In this document: one piece after another, positions 38,301 to 51,739 of the stretch
Layout: the number at the start of each line of letters is the position of its first letter
Position numbering within the stretch: the first letter of the stretch is position 1
Assembly (NCBI GenBank): GCA_964016885.1
Contig: OZ024740.1
Coordinates: 11,904,001-11,968,000, forward strand
Length of the DNA stretch: 64,000 nt
Direction of reading: 5' to 3'
Source of the DNA: Eledone cirrhosa
Taxonomy: Eukaryota
Program-made: the position numbers and the translations under genes
The notes under the pieces: model-generated
The model's input: the letters and a program-made list of their open reading frames with translations, nothing else
What the model was told of the DNA's origin: nothing
Databases searched by the model: none

Positions 38301-39099
38301 TAACAATAAGTGTAATATTAACACATGTGGCTGGGTAATCCAGTCATGTACCCGTAATGTCATTGATGGAGAAATACAATGGTATAATACAATGTGTGAC
38401 CTAGCTGGCTCTGAATTACACATTCAGTTTATCCAACAGGCTTCCACACAGTTTCTGTCTACCCAATTTCACTTACAAGACTGTGTCAAGACTGCCTATA
38501 ATAAAAGACACTCGCCCAATGTTTATCATTGATTGACTAACAGTTAAAAATATAAATATAATTTATCAAAGTTCTTTCGTCACACATTTCTGTGACATTG
38601 TCAGTGATTATCACTGTTTCCTCCCATTATGTATCTATAAGGTTTTTTGGAGTTGTCTCTGTTTGCACATGCATTTGTGTGCGTGTATTCTGTTTAGTGT
38701 GTGCTCATGTGTTTGTTTCAGCATATGTTTATGCGTTAATATTCTATCTTTGGACACTAGTGTATGTTTGTCTTATGATTTTTAATTAGTTTAGAAAATA
38801 ATCAAGAATTTGAGGGATTTAGTAATAGAACTTTCTCATTATTAAGCTGGTGTTTTGATACAACAGGTTCTTATGGTGGAAGGTTTTTTAGATAAATATG
38901 AATACTTTAATTTGAATAGTTTTGTATTTTAGAACAAGTGGCAGTTCCATGCAAATTGGTATGAAAAAGGATTAGATGTTATGTAAATATTATTTTTAAA
39001 GGTAAAAATGCATTTTAGGGATTACTAAAAAGGGCAGAAAAAATTGCCAATGGTTAAAAGAAAAATACAAGACATGATACACCATATTAGAAAGACAAA

Positions 39100-39340
39100 A
39101 ATAGGTGGGGCAGAGCATGTGACATGAACAAACAACAGATGGCCAAGACTACATACAGAATGGAGACAGAAGGGAAGAGGTTAACATAGGAAGAGAGAGG
39201 ATGAGATAGCAGGATGAAAAGGCTACGTTTATGAATGTTAAATGGATGAGAGAGGCAGGGGATAGGATGAATTGGTAACAACTTGGGGGCACTATTGCTG
39301 AGAACGCTGATAAACATGATAAAGAATGAAGAAGTGTTCA
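39100..39340 (+). mobile_element. Old RTE 3' coding remnant
   Basis: Broken RW..HV...NNRWPRLHTEWRQKG. Confidence 0.5.
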
Positions 39341-39694
39341 AAACTTACTGTAAATGTGGTGTGAAAATCAATTTTACAGAACAGAAATAAAAACTATTTC
39401 AGCAGAGTAATATGATGTTTAACTTAAAAATGAATAAGAGTGAACCTGGCTGTTTAAATAAGGTATTAATGAGAGGGGGGGGGGGCAGAGAGATAGAGGG
39501 TGACAGAGGGAGAGACAGCGAGAGGGAGAGAGAGAGAGGGAGAGGGGGGAGAGAGAGGGGGAGGGGGAAGAGAGACAGATTACAACATATAGGTGGGGAG
39601 AATATATCCATAATATTCCAGCACTTTAGGATCTTTTTATTATAATGAGCATCTCTACAGTCTAAAAACCACCACACAAGATTAAACAGCATTG

Positions 39695-42600
39695 CAGTGG
39701 TAGTGTTGGCAGTGGTAATAGTGATAGTGTTAGTGGTGGTGTTGGCAGTGGTAGTGTTGGCAGTGTTGGCAGTGGTAATAGTGATAGTGTTAGTGGTGGT
39801 GTTGGTGGTGGTGTTGGCAGTGGTAACAGTGATAGTGTTAGTGGTGGTGTTGGTGGTGGTGTTGGCAGTGGTAGTGTTGGCAGTGTTGGCAGTGGTAATA
39901 GTGATAGTGTTAGTGGTGGTGTTGGTGGTGGTGTTGGCAGTGGTAGTGTTGGCAGTGTTGGCAGTGGTAATAGTGATAGTGTTAGTGGTGGTGTTGGTGG
40001 TGGTGTTGGCAGTGGTAGTGTTGGCAGTGTTGGCAGTGGTAATAGTGATAGTGTTAGTGGTGGTGTTGGTGATGGTGTTGGCAGTGGTAGTGTTGGCAGT
40101 GTTGGCAGTGGTAATAGTGATAGTGTTAGTGGTGGTGTTGGTGATGGTGTTGGCAGTGGTAGTGTTGGCAGTGGTAATAGTGATAGTGTTAGTGGTGGTG
40201 TTGGTGGTGGTGTTGGCAGTGGTAGTGTTGGCAGTGTTGGCAGTGGTAGTGTTGGCAGTGGTAATAGTGATAGTGTTAGTGGTGGTGTTGGTGGTGGTGT
40301 TGGCAGTGGTAGTGTTGGCAGTGTTGGCAGTGGTAATAGTGATAGTGTTAGTGGTGGTGTTGGTGGTGGTGTTGGCAGTGGTAGTGTTGGCAGTGGTAAT
40401 AGTGATAGTGTTAGTGGTGGTGTTGGCAGTGGTAGTGTTGGCAGTGGTAATAGTGATAGTGTTAGTGGTGGTGTTGGTGGTGGTGGTGGTGTTGGCAGTG
40501 GTAGTGTTGGCAGTGTTGGCAGTGGTAATAGTGATAGTGTTAGTGGTGGTGTTGGTGGTGGTGTTGGCAGTGATAATAGTGATAGTGTTGGTGGTGGTGT
40601 TGGTGGTGGTGTTGGCAGTGGTAGTGTTGGCAGTGGTAATAGTGATAGTGTTGGTGGTGGTGTTGGTGGCGGTGGTGGTGTTGGTGGTGGTGTTGGTGGT
40701 GGTGTTGGCAGTGGTAGTGTTGGCAGTGGTAATAGTGAGTGTTAGTGGTGGTGTTGGCAGTGGTAGTGTTGGCAGTCTTGGCAGTGGTAATAGTGATAGT
40801 GTTGGTGGTGGTGTTGGTGGTGGTAGTGTTGGCAGTGGTAGTGTTGGCAGTGTTGGCAGTGGTAATAGTGATAGTGTTGGTGGTGGTGTTGGTGGTGGTA
40901 GTGTTGGCAGTGGTAATAGTGATAGTGTTGGCAGTGGTAGTGTTGGCAGTGTTGGCAGTGGTAATAGTGATAGTGTTAGTGGTGGTGTTGGCAGTGGTAG
41001 TGTTGGCAGTGTTGGCAGTGGTAATAGTGATAGTGTTGGTGGTGGTGTTGGCAGTGGTAGTGTTGGCAGTGGTAATAGTGATAGTGTTAGTGGTGGTGTT
41101 GGCAGTGGTAGTGTTAGCAGTGGTAATAGTGATAGTGTTAGTGGTGGTGTTGGTGGTGGTGGTGTTGGCAGTGGTAATGGCGGTAGTGTTAGTGGTGGTG
41201 TTAGCAGTGGTAATAGTGGTAGTGTTGGCAGTGGTTTTGGCAGTGGTAATGGTGGTAGTGTTAGTGGTAGTGTTGGCAGTGGTAATGGTGGTAGTATTTA
41301 TGGTGGTGTTGGCAGTGGTAATGGTGGTAGTTTTAGTGGTGGTGTTGGTGGTGGTGTTGGCAGTGGTAATGGCGGTAGTGTTAGTGGTGGTGTTAGCAGT
41401 GGTAATAGTGGTAGTGTTGGCAGTGGTTTTGGCAGTGGTAATGGTGGTAGTGTTAGTGGTAGTGTTGGCAGTGGTAATGGTGGTAGTATTTATGGTGGTG
41501 TTGGCAGTGGTAATGGCGGTAATGTTAGTGGTGGTGTTAGCAGTGGTAATAGTGGTAGTGTTAGTGGTGGTGTTGGCAGTGGTAATGGTGGTAGTGTTAG
41601 TGGTGGTGTTGGCAGTGGTAATGGTGGTAGTGTTAGTGGTGGTGTTGGCGGTGGTAATGGTGGTAGTGTTAGTGGTGGTGTTGGCAGTGGTAATGGTGGT
41701 AGTGTTAGTGGTGGTGTTGGCAGTGGTAATGGTGGTAGTGTTAGTGGTGGTGTTGGCGGTGGTAATGGTGGTAGTGTTAGTGGTGGTGTTGGCGGTGGTA
41801 ATGGTGGTAGTGTTAGTGGTGGTGTTGGCGGTGGTAATGGTGGTAGTGTTAGTGGTGGTGTTGGCGGTGGTAATGGTGGTAGTGTTAGTGGTGGTGTTGG
41901 CGGTGGTAATGGTGGTAGTGTTAGTGGTGGTGTTGGCGGTGGTAATGGTGGTAGTGTTAGTGGTGGTGTTGGCGGTGGTAATGGTGGTAGTGTTAGTGGT
42001 GGTGTTGGCAGTGGTAATGGTGGTAGTGTTAGTGGTGGTGTTGGCAGTGGTAATGGTGGTAGTGTTAGTGGTGGTGTTGGCAGTGGTTATGGTGGCAGTG
42101 TTAGTGGTGGTGTTGGCGGTGGTAATGGTGGTAGTGTTAGTGGTGGTGGTAATGGTGGTAGTGTTAGTGGTGGTGTTGGCGGTGGTAATGGTGGTAGTGT
42201 TAGTGGTGGTGTTGGCGGTGGTAATGGTGGTAGTGTTAGTGGTAGTGTTGGCAGTGGTAATGGTGGTAGTGTTAGTGGTGGTGTTGGCAGTGGTTATGGT
42301 GGCAGTGTTAGTGGTGGTGTTGGCGGTGGTAATGGTGGTAGTGTTAGTGGTGGTGTTGGCGGTGGTAATGGTGGTAGTGTTAGTGGTGGTGTTGGCGGTG
42401 GTAATGGTGGTAGTGTTAGTGGTGGTGTTGGCGGTGGTAATGGTGGTAGTGTTAGTGGTGGTGTTGGCGGTGGTAATGGTGGTAGTGTTAGTGGTGGTGT
42501 TGGCGGTGGTAATGGTGGTAGTGTTAGTGGTGGTGTTGGCGGTGGTAATGGTGGTAGTGTTAGTGGTGGTGTTGGCGGTGGTAATGGTGGTAGTGTTAGT

Positions 42601-44750
42601 GGTGGTGTTGGCAGTGGTAATGGTGGTAGTGTTAGTGGTAGTGTTGGCAGTGGTAATGGTGGTAGTGTTAGTGGTGGTGTTGGCAGTGGTTATGGTGGCA
42701 GTGTTAGTGGTGGTGTTGGCAGTGGTAATAGTGGTAGTGTTAGTGGTGGTGTTGGCAGTGGTAATGGTGGTAGTGTTAGTGGTGGTGTTGGCAGTGGTAA
42801 TGGTGGTAGTGTTGGCAGTGGTTTTGGCAGTGGTATGGTGGTAGTGTTAGTGGTAGTGTTGGCAGTGGTAATGGTGGTAGTGTTAGTGGTGGTGTTGGCA
42901 GTGGTAATGGTGGTAGTGTTAGTGGTGGTGTTGGCAGTGGTAATGGTGGTAGTGTTAGTGGAGGTGTTGGCAGTGGTAATGGTGGTAATGGTGGTAGTGT
43001 TAGTGGTGGTGTTGGCAGTGGTAATGGTGGTAGTATTAGTGGTGGTGTTGGCAGTGGTAATGGTGGTAGTGTTAGTGGTGGTGTTGGCAGTGGTAATGGT
43101 GGTAGTGTTAGTGGTGGTGTTGGCAGTGGTAATGGTGGTAGTGTTAGTGGTGGTGTTGGCAGTGGTAATGGTGGTAGTGTTAGTGGTGGTGTTGGCAGTG
43201 GTAATGGTGGTAGTGTTAGTGGTGGTGTTGGCAGTGGTAATGCTGGTAGTGTTAGTGGTGGTGTTGGCGGTGGTAATGGTGGTAGTATTAGTGGTGGTGT
43301 TGGCAGTGGTAATGCTGGTAGTGTTAGTGGTGGTGTTGGCGGTGGTAATGGTGGTAGTGTTAGTGGTGGTGTTGGCAGTGGTAATGGTGGTAGTGTTAGT
43401 GGTGGTGTTGGCAGTGGTAATGGTGGTAGTGTTAGTGGAGGTGTTGGCAGTGGTAATGGTGGTAGTGTTAGTGGTGGTGTTGGCAGTGGTAATGGTGGTA
43501 GTGTTAGTGGTGGTGTTGGCAGTGGTAATGGTGGTAGTGTTAGTGGTGGTGTTGGCAGTGGTAATGGTGGTAGTATTAGTGGTGGTGTTGGCAGTGGTAA
43601 TGGTGGTAGTGTTAGTGGTGGTGTTGGCAGTGGTAATGGTGGTAGTGTTAGTGGTGGTGTTGGCAGTGGTAATGGTGGTAGTGTTAGTGGTGGTGTTGGC
43701 AGTGGTAATGGTGGTAGTGTTAGTGGTGGTGTTGGCAGTGGTAATGGTGGTAGTGTTAGTGGTGGTGTTGGCAGTGGTAATGGTGGTAGTGTTAGTGGTG
43801 GTGTTGGCAGTGGTAATGGTGGTAGTATTAGTGGTGGTGTTGGCAGTGGTAATGGTGGTAGTGTTAGTGGTGGTGTTGGCGGTGGTAATGGTGGTAGTGT
43901 TAGTGGTGGTGTTGGCAGTGGTAATGGTGGTAGTGTTAGTGGTGGTGTTGGCGGTGGTAATGGTGGTAGTGTTAGTGGTGGTGTTGGCGGTGGTAATGGT
44001 GGTAGTGTTAGTGGTGGTGTTGGCGGTGGTAATGGTGGTAGTGTTAGTGGTGGTGTTGGCAGTGGTAATGGTGGTAGTGTTAGTGGTGGTGTTGGCAGTG
44101 GTAATGGTGGTAGTATTAGTGGTGGTGTTGGCAGTGGTAATGGTGGTAGTGTTAGTGGTGGTGTTGGCGGTGGTAATGGTGGTAGTGTTAGTGGTGGTGT
44201 TGGCAGTGGTAATGGTGGTAGTGTTAGTGGTGGTGTTGGCGGTGGTAATGGTGGTAGTGTTAGTGGTGGTGTTGGCGGTGGTAATGGTGGTAGTGTTAGT
44301 GGTGGTGTTGGCGGTGGTAATGGTGGTAGTGTTAGTGGTGGTGTTGGCAGTGGTAATGGTGGTAGTGTTAGTGGTCGTGTTGGCAGTGGTAATGGTGGTA
44401 GTGTTAGTGGTAGTGTTGGCAGTGGTAATGGTGGTAGTGTTAGTGGTGGTGGTGGTGGTGGTGGTGGTGGTGTTGGTAGTGGTAATGGTGGTAGTGTTAG
44501 TGGTGGTGGTGGTGGTGGTGGTGGTGGTGGTGGTGTTGGTAGTGGTAATGGTGGTAGTGTTAGTGGTGGTGGTGGTGGTGGTGGTGGTGGTGTTGGTAGT
44601 GGTAATGGCGGTAGTGTTAGTGGTGCTGTTGGTGGTGGTAATGGTGGTAGTGTTAGTGGTGGTGTTGGCAGAGGTAATGGTGGTAGTGTCAGTGGTGGTG
44701 TTGGCAGAGGTAATGGTGGTAGTGTCAGTGGTGGTGTTGGCAGTGGAGGA
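39695..44750. repeat. Triplet-based GT-rich satellite evolving to a 36-bp unit (GGTGGTGTTGGCAGTGGTAATGGTGGTAGTGTTAGT), ~5 kb
   Basis: Seen directly. Frame shifts at ~40738 and ~42835 argue against coding. Confidence 0.97.
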
Positions 44751-44788
44751 TGACATGCAGCAAAGGTGAGAAGAGGGAGGAAGACATT

Positions 44789-44824
<36 letters not shown>

Positions 44825-45109
44825 CATGTATAGAAACATATATACACACACACATATATATATATAGACATGTATAGAAACATATACACACACATTATAT
44901 ATATATATATATAGAAACATATATACACACACATATATATATATAGACACATATATACACACACATTATATATATATATATATAGACATGTATAGAAACA
45001 TATATACACACACATTATATATATATAGACATGTATAGAAGGATATATACACTAACATTATATATATAGACATGTATAGAAACATATATACACACACATT
45101 ATATATATA

Positions 45110-45852
45110 GCAGACTATGATGCGTGTATCCGAACAGCAATGTTACATGGTAGTGAGACCTGGCGCTGAAGGTGGAAGACTTACGTAGATTAGAAAGAAA
45201 CGAAGCCTGCATGCTCCGATGGATGTGTAACAGTAATATACGCGAACGACAAAGCATAAATGGAGAGAGAGACTGAGCATAAGAGGAATCAAATGCTGTG
45301 TGCAGGAGAGGTGGTTGCGTTGGTATGGACATGTGATGCGTATGAATGATGACAGCTGCATAAAAAGGTGCAGAGCATTAGAAGTCAATGGAAACCACGG
45401 AGTGGAGAGACCCAAGAAGACTTGGGATGAGGTGATAAAAGCCGACCTTACCCAATTACACCTCTCAAAGGCGATGACACACGACCGTGACCTCTGGCGT
45501 CACGCAGTAATACACAGTACCCGACCTCCCATGGGTACAAGCTGAAGCATATAGACAATATGCCCCCACACCCTTCCACTGCAAGGTGGTCGTGGAGGTG
45601 CCACGGCAAAAAAGCACCCAGCCCACACTGTAAAGTGGACGTGTAGGCGCCACGGAAAAAAAGCACCCAACACTCACTGTAAATGAGGTTGGTGTTAGGA
45701 AGGGCATCCAGCTGTAGAAATCAAGCCAAAATCAGTTCCTGTATGAGCAAGGCATGGTCAGCTGACCAGACACTGCCCACAACAGGACAACCTGTCTAAC
45801 TCATGCTAGCATGGAAGAACGGACGTAAAACGGTGATGATGATGATGATGAT
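45110..45852 (+). mobile_element. RTE LINE 3' portion with 3'UTR and (GAT)n tail
   Basis: LHGSETWALKVEDLRRLERNEACMLRWMC...LRWYGHVMRMNDDSCIKRC...RPKKTWDEVIKADL. The 3' part is repeated at 59036-59406. Confidence 0.92.
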
Positions 45853-46174
45853 ATCTGAGTTCAAATCCCGCCGAGGTTAACTTTGCCTTTCATCCTTACG
45901 AGGTCGATAAAATAAAATACCAGTAATGCACTGGGTAATTGCTGGCCTTGTGCTAAAAGTAGAAACAATTATATATATACCATGTAGAACCCCAAGACAT
46001 AAGACCTCACCCAAAGGGAATACTAAAAATAAAGAAAATTAGTCTAGCAGATACCACTTCATGTGAGAGTTGGGAAGCAGGGTTTTTACTTTAAACCACT
46101 TTTTATGGTGGAAAGGGAGGTCTTATATGCCATCAAATACAATATATTACAGACATACCGATACATACATATAT

Positions 46175-46569
46175 GGTGTCTGCCAACTCGTTTTCGAGTA
46201 CGGCCACTACCTTATATCCATGTAGGAGAACCCCTACCGATGCGCTGAACGAGTGTGACTTTTTAGTTCAGCCAGCGACTTGAAAACTCTGGTACAAACA
46301 CTACACTTGTGACAATTATTGACACATAGTGCTGGGCCCATGGTACCATGTGACGACAAGTGCAGGGAGATCTCCTGATATAAAGCAATGCCTGTGCCGT
46401 GAAGCTTTTATAGTTAGCAAAGGCACTGCACAAAGCCAGTCCCACTCTCTTAACCAAGATGATATTTACCAAAAAGAAGAACAAGTCAACATCATTGGTT
46501 GCAGGTGTTAGATCAGAGTTTTCCTTCTCCTAGAATTCTGCCTTGACAAAGGCTAAGGGGTCATCTCTC
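46175..46569 (-). mobile_element. Bipartite RTE-derived non-autonomous element, copy 1
   Basis: Closely similar to copies 2-4. 3' stem-loop followed by a TATG-type tail. Confidence 0.75.
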
Positions 46570-46599
46570 ATACATATATACATACGTACGTACATATAT

Positions 46600-47054
46600 G
46601 GTGGCTGCCAACTCGTTTTCGAGTACGGCCACTACTTTATATCCATGTAGGAGAACCCCTACTGATGCGCTGAACGAGTGTGACTGTTTAGTCTAGCCAG
46701 CGACTTGAAAACTCTGGTACAAACACTACACTTGTGACAATTATTGACACATAGTGCTGGGCCCATGGTACCATGTGACGACAAATGCAGAGAGATCTCC
46801 AGATACAAAGCAATGCCTGTGCCGTGAAGCTTTTATAGTGAGCAAAGGCACTGCACAAAGCCAGTCCCACTCTCTTAACCAAGATGATATTTACCAAAAA
46901 GAAGAACAAGTCAACATCATTGGATACCATCAGGGTTGCAGGTGTTATATCAGAGTTTTCCTTCTCCTAGAATTCTGCCTTAACAAAGGCTAAGGGGTCA
47001 TCTCTCCCGGTGATTTTGGATGGCCATTGACTCTTAAGAGCTCCTTTGCCTTTT
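46600..47054 (-). mobile_element. Bipartite RTE-derived element, copy 2
   Basis: As copy 1, and extends ~45 bp further 5'. Confidence 0.75.
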
Positions 47055-47066
47055 GGGTCATCTCTC

Positions 47067-48385
47067 ATACATATATACATACGTACGTACATATATACAT
47101 ATATACATACATACATACATACATACAGACGTACACAGATATATACATACATACATACATACATACATACATACGTACACATATAGATATATACATATAT
47201 ACATACATACATACGTACGTACAGATATATACATACATATGTATGAGAGATGACCCTAAGGGGTCATCTCTCATACATATATACATACGTACGTACATAT
47301 ATACATATATACATACATACATACATACATACAGACGTACACAGATATATACATACATACATACATACATACATACATACGTACACATATAGATATATAC
47401 ATATATACATACATACATACGTACGTACAGATATATACATACATACGTACGTACACAGATATATACATACATACGTACGTACACATAGATATATACATAT
47501 ATACATACATACGTACGTACACATAGATATATACATACATACGTACGTACACATAGATATATACATATATACATACATACGTACAGATATATACATATAT
47601 ACATACATACGTACGTACGTACACATATATACATACATACGTACACATATATACATATATACATACATACGTACGTACACATAGATATATACATATGTAC
47701 ATACATACATATGTACGTACACAGATATATACATATGTACATACATACGTACGTACACAATATACATACATACATGCGTACACATAGATACATATATACA
47801 TACATACATGCATACGTACACAGATATATACATATATACATACGTACACATAGATTTATACATATATACATACGTACACATAGATTTATACATATATACA
47901 TACGTACACATAGATTTATACATATATACATACGTACACATAGATTTATACATATATACATACGTACACATAGATTTATACATATATACATACGTACACA
48001 TAGATTTATACATATATACATACGTACACATAGATTTATACATATATACATACGTACACATAGATTTATACATATATACATACGTACACATAGATTTATA
48101 CATATATACATACGTACACATAGATTTATACATATATACATACGTACACATAGATTTATACATATATACATACATATACATAGATATATACATATATACA
48201 TACATATACATAGATATATACATATATACATACATATACATACATACATACATACATACATACATACATACATACATACATACATACATACATACATACA
48301 TACATACATACATACATACATACATACATACATACATACATACATACGTACGTACGTCCGTACATATAGAGATACATACATATAT
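47067..48385. repeat. (TACA/TACG/TA)n compound microsatellite with a 30-bp higher unit
   Basis: TAGATTTATACATATATACATACGTACACA about 10 times at 47851-48150. It lies at the 3' tail of copy 3. Confidence 0.93.
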
Positions 48386-48792
48386 GGTGTCTGCCAACTC
48401 GTTTTCGAGTACGGCCACTACCTTATATCCATGTAGGAGAACTCCTACCGATGGGCTGAACGAGTGTGACTTTTTAGTTCAGCCAGTGACTTGAAAACTC
48501 TGGTACAAACACTACACTTGTGACAATTATTGACACATAGTGCTGGGCCCATGGTACCATGTGACGACAAGTGTAGAGAGATCTCCTGATATAAAGCAAT
48601 GCCTGTGCCGTGAAGCTTTTATAGTGAGCAAAGGCACTGCACAAAGCCAGTCCCACTCTCTTAACCAAGATGATATTTACCAAAAAGAAGAACAAGTCAA
48701 CATCATTGGATACCATCAGGGTTGCAGGTATTATATCAGAGTTTTCCTTCTCCTAGAATTCTGCCTTGACAAAGGCTAAGGGGTCATCTCTC
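48386..48792 (-). mobile_element. Bipartite RTE-derived element, copy 3
   Basis: As copy 1, with the same 5' junction. Confidence 0.75.
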
Positions 48793-49469
48793 ATACATAT
48801 ATACATACGTACGTACATATATAGATATATACATACATGCATACAGATACATGCATATATACGTACATACGTACGTATATAGATATATACATACATACAC
48901 ACAGATACATGCATATATACGTACATACGTACGTATATAGATATATACATACATACATGCATACGTACATACATGCATACATAGATAGATACATACAGAT
49001 AGATAGATACATGCACATGTCTGTGTGTGTTAAAATCAATAAGATCAATGCCGGCACAAAAGGGAGGGGGTAGGGTAAGAATAACAGCGGAAAATGGACG
49101 CTTCTGTAATGAGAAGAACACACTGACACAAGGAAAGATGTTTATGGTAAATAGAACTGAGGTGGAGAGAGGGGGGACTAGAGAGGGGGGTAGATGAGGG
49201 AGAGGGGAGGGAGGGGGGAGAGAACGATGGAGAGAGGGAGGGAATGAGAGAGAGAGAGAGAGGGAGAGAGTGGGAGAGAGAGAGTGGGAGAGGGAGAGCA
49301 TGCAACTTAGAGACATAGCCAATCCCATGATTCATCAGGTGTCGCATTACTTGCAATGATAGTGTTGTTGTTGTTGTTGTGTAGTTCTTTGAGTAAAGCT
49401 GCGTTATTAATGAAATTAAAATAATGGAACATTTAGTGACAAGTAAGATTATGGTTGTCAGTTAATGAC

Positions 49470-49742
49470 AAGGACCCCCCCCCCCCCCCCCAGCCACCCA
49501 CTCATTGACACAGTACTGGCTGGGAGGGAGGAGAACCCCCTCCCCCGCCATATCACTGGCCGGGAGGGGGGACCTCCCCCCCCCCTGACATATTACTGGC
49601 TGGGAGGGAGGGGAAAGGAACCTGCCCCTCCCCCCTGACATAGCATTGGCTGGGAAGGATACCTCCCCCCTGACATGGTACTGGCTGGGAGGGAGAGGAA
49701 GGGAACCTCCCACCTGACAGTACTGGTTGTGAGGGAGGGGAA
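49470..49742. repeat. Diverged ~45-bp C-run/G-run repeat, 5-6 copies (CCCCCTGACA...ACTGGCTGGGAGGGAG)
   Basis: Recurring CTGACA.....ACTGGCTGGGAGGGAG. Confidence 0.8.
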
Positions 49743-50512
49743 GGGCTACACAGTTTAATGACTTAGCAGTGTTAAATTACAACTAAAATCAAAATGATAT
49801 AATCAATATATAGCTGTCCTTGTAATGTCTCATCAGATACCGATGGCAGATGAGAGAAACCATAGGACAACAGATCAATGACTAACAGTTTGTTTTACTC
49901 CAACAAGTGGTTAGAGTGTTGTGCTGGGTTCAATATTGTATCCTTGAGTAAAATACTTCATTTCACATTGTCATTGTCTCAGTTTACTCAACTAAATACC
50001 ACCAACATCCAGTCCAATGATGATTCTGAGAATAAGGTCCAGTCTGATGTTCCCCAAGATTCAAGGAGGGCTAAATTCTCTTTTTCTTTTCGAAACATTG
50101 ACCTTTCTGATTCCAAACCTCCCAAAACTGCTCTTGCTTCTATGAAAGAAAACATTGTATTTTAAAGGGTTTCTACTTAAATTAAAACCTTCCAGAACTT
50201 GTTATATTTTTTATCATGCAATAAAAACAGCAGTGGATTGGCTATATCAGTAGAGCATCAGACAACAGTTTTTGCAGCAGAGTTACAACCCTTTAACTTC
50301 AAATCCCACCAAGGTTAGCTTTGTCTTTTATCCTTGCAGGATCAAAATAAAGTACCAGTAACATACTGGATCAATTTAATCGACAGCCCCCTACATTGTT
50401 TGCCTTGTTCCTAAATCAGAAAACATTATGTTATAAATATTATCTTCGTTAAATAATTAATAATTTTTGTAAATGCCACTTTATTCTTCTATAGCTATTG
50501 TATATACTAAAA

Positions 50513-51573
50513 TATAAGCTGACCCCAGTATATAGTATATCTATATAAGCTGACCCCAGTATATAGTATATCTATATAAGCTGACCCCAGTATATAGTAT
50601 ATCTATATAAGCTGACCCCAGTATATAGTTTATCTATATAAGCTGACCCCAGTATATAGTATATCTATATAAGCTGACCCCAGTATATAGTATATCTATA
50701 TAAGCTGACCCCAGTATATAGTATATCTATATAAGCTGACCCCAGTATATAGTATATCTATATAAGCTGACCCCAGTATATAGTATATCTATATAAGCTG
50801 ACCCCAGTATATAGTATATCTATATAAGCTGACCCCAGTATATAGTTTATCTATATAAGCTGACCCCAGTATATAGTATATCTATATAAGCTGACCCCAG
50901 TATATAGTTTATCTATATAAGCTGACCCCAGTATATAGTATATCTATATAAGCTGACCCCAGTATATAGTATATCTATATAAGCTGACCCCAGTATATAG
51001 TATATCTATATAAGCTGACCCCAGTATATAGTTTATCTATATAAGCTGACCCCAGTATATAGTTTATCTATATAAGCTGACCCCAGTATATAGTATATCT
51101 ATATAAGCTGACCCCAGTATATAGTATATCTATATAAGCTGACCCCAGTATATAGTATATCTATATAAGCTGACCCCAGTATATAGTATATCTATATAAG
51201 CTGACCCCAGTATATAGTTTATCTATATAAGCTGACCCCAGTATATAGTATATCTATATAAGCTGACCCCAGTATATAGTTTATCTATATAAGCTGACCC
51301 CAGTATATAGTATATCTATATAAGCTGACCCCAGTATATAGTATATCTATATAAGCTGACCCCAGTATATAGTATATCTATATAAGCTGACCCCAGTATA
51401 TAGTATATCTATATAAGCTGACCCCAGTATATAGTATATCTATATAAGCTGACCCCAGTATATAGTATATCTATATAAGCTGACCCCAGTATATAGTATA
51501 TCTATATAAGCTGACCCCAGTATATAGTATATCTATATAAGCTGACCCCAGTATATAGTATATCTATATAAGC
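50513..51573 (+). repeat. 31-bp array, ~34 copies (TATAAGCTGACCCCAGTATATAGTATATCTA)
   Basis: Seen directly. Confidence 0.98.
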
Positions 51574-51739
51574 TATTGTATATACTAAAATATAAGCTGA
51601 GGAATATTTGACCAAAAAAAAAAAAAAAAAAAAAAAAAAATCGATGGTAGAAGGGAGTTGACATATTCCGGGTCAATATTTTTGTGATCTTCACTACGTA
51701 AATAAGGCTTGGATTTATGACCATTTCTCAGACATAAAA

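Noticed and set aside
39697-44962. Long Val-rich, Gly/Ser-rich or Thr-rich ORFs (silk-, mucin- or antifreeze-like)
   Set aside because: Triplet satellite with internal frameshifts, and no signal peptide or unique domain.
46263-48779. Recurrent 60-80 aa ORFs (MLGPWYHVTT..., MVSNDVDLFF...) suggesting a small gene family
   Set aside because: They recur because the retroelement is repeated. Starts are non-ATG or variable, and indels differ between copies.
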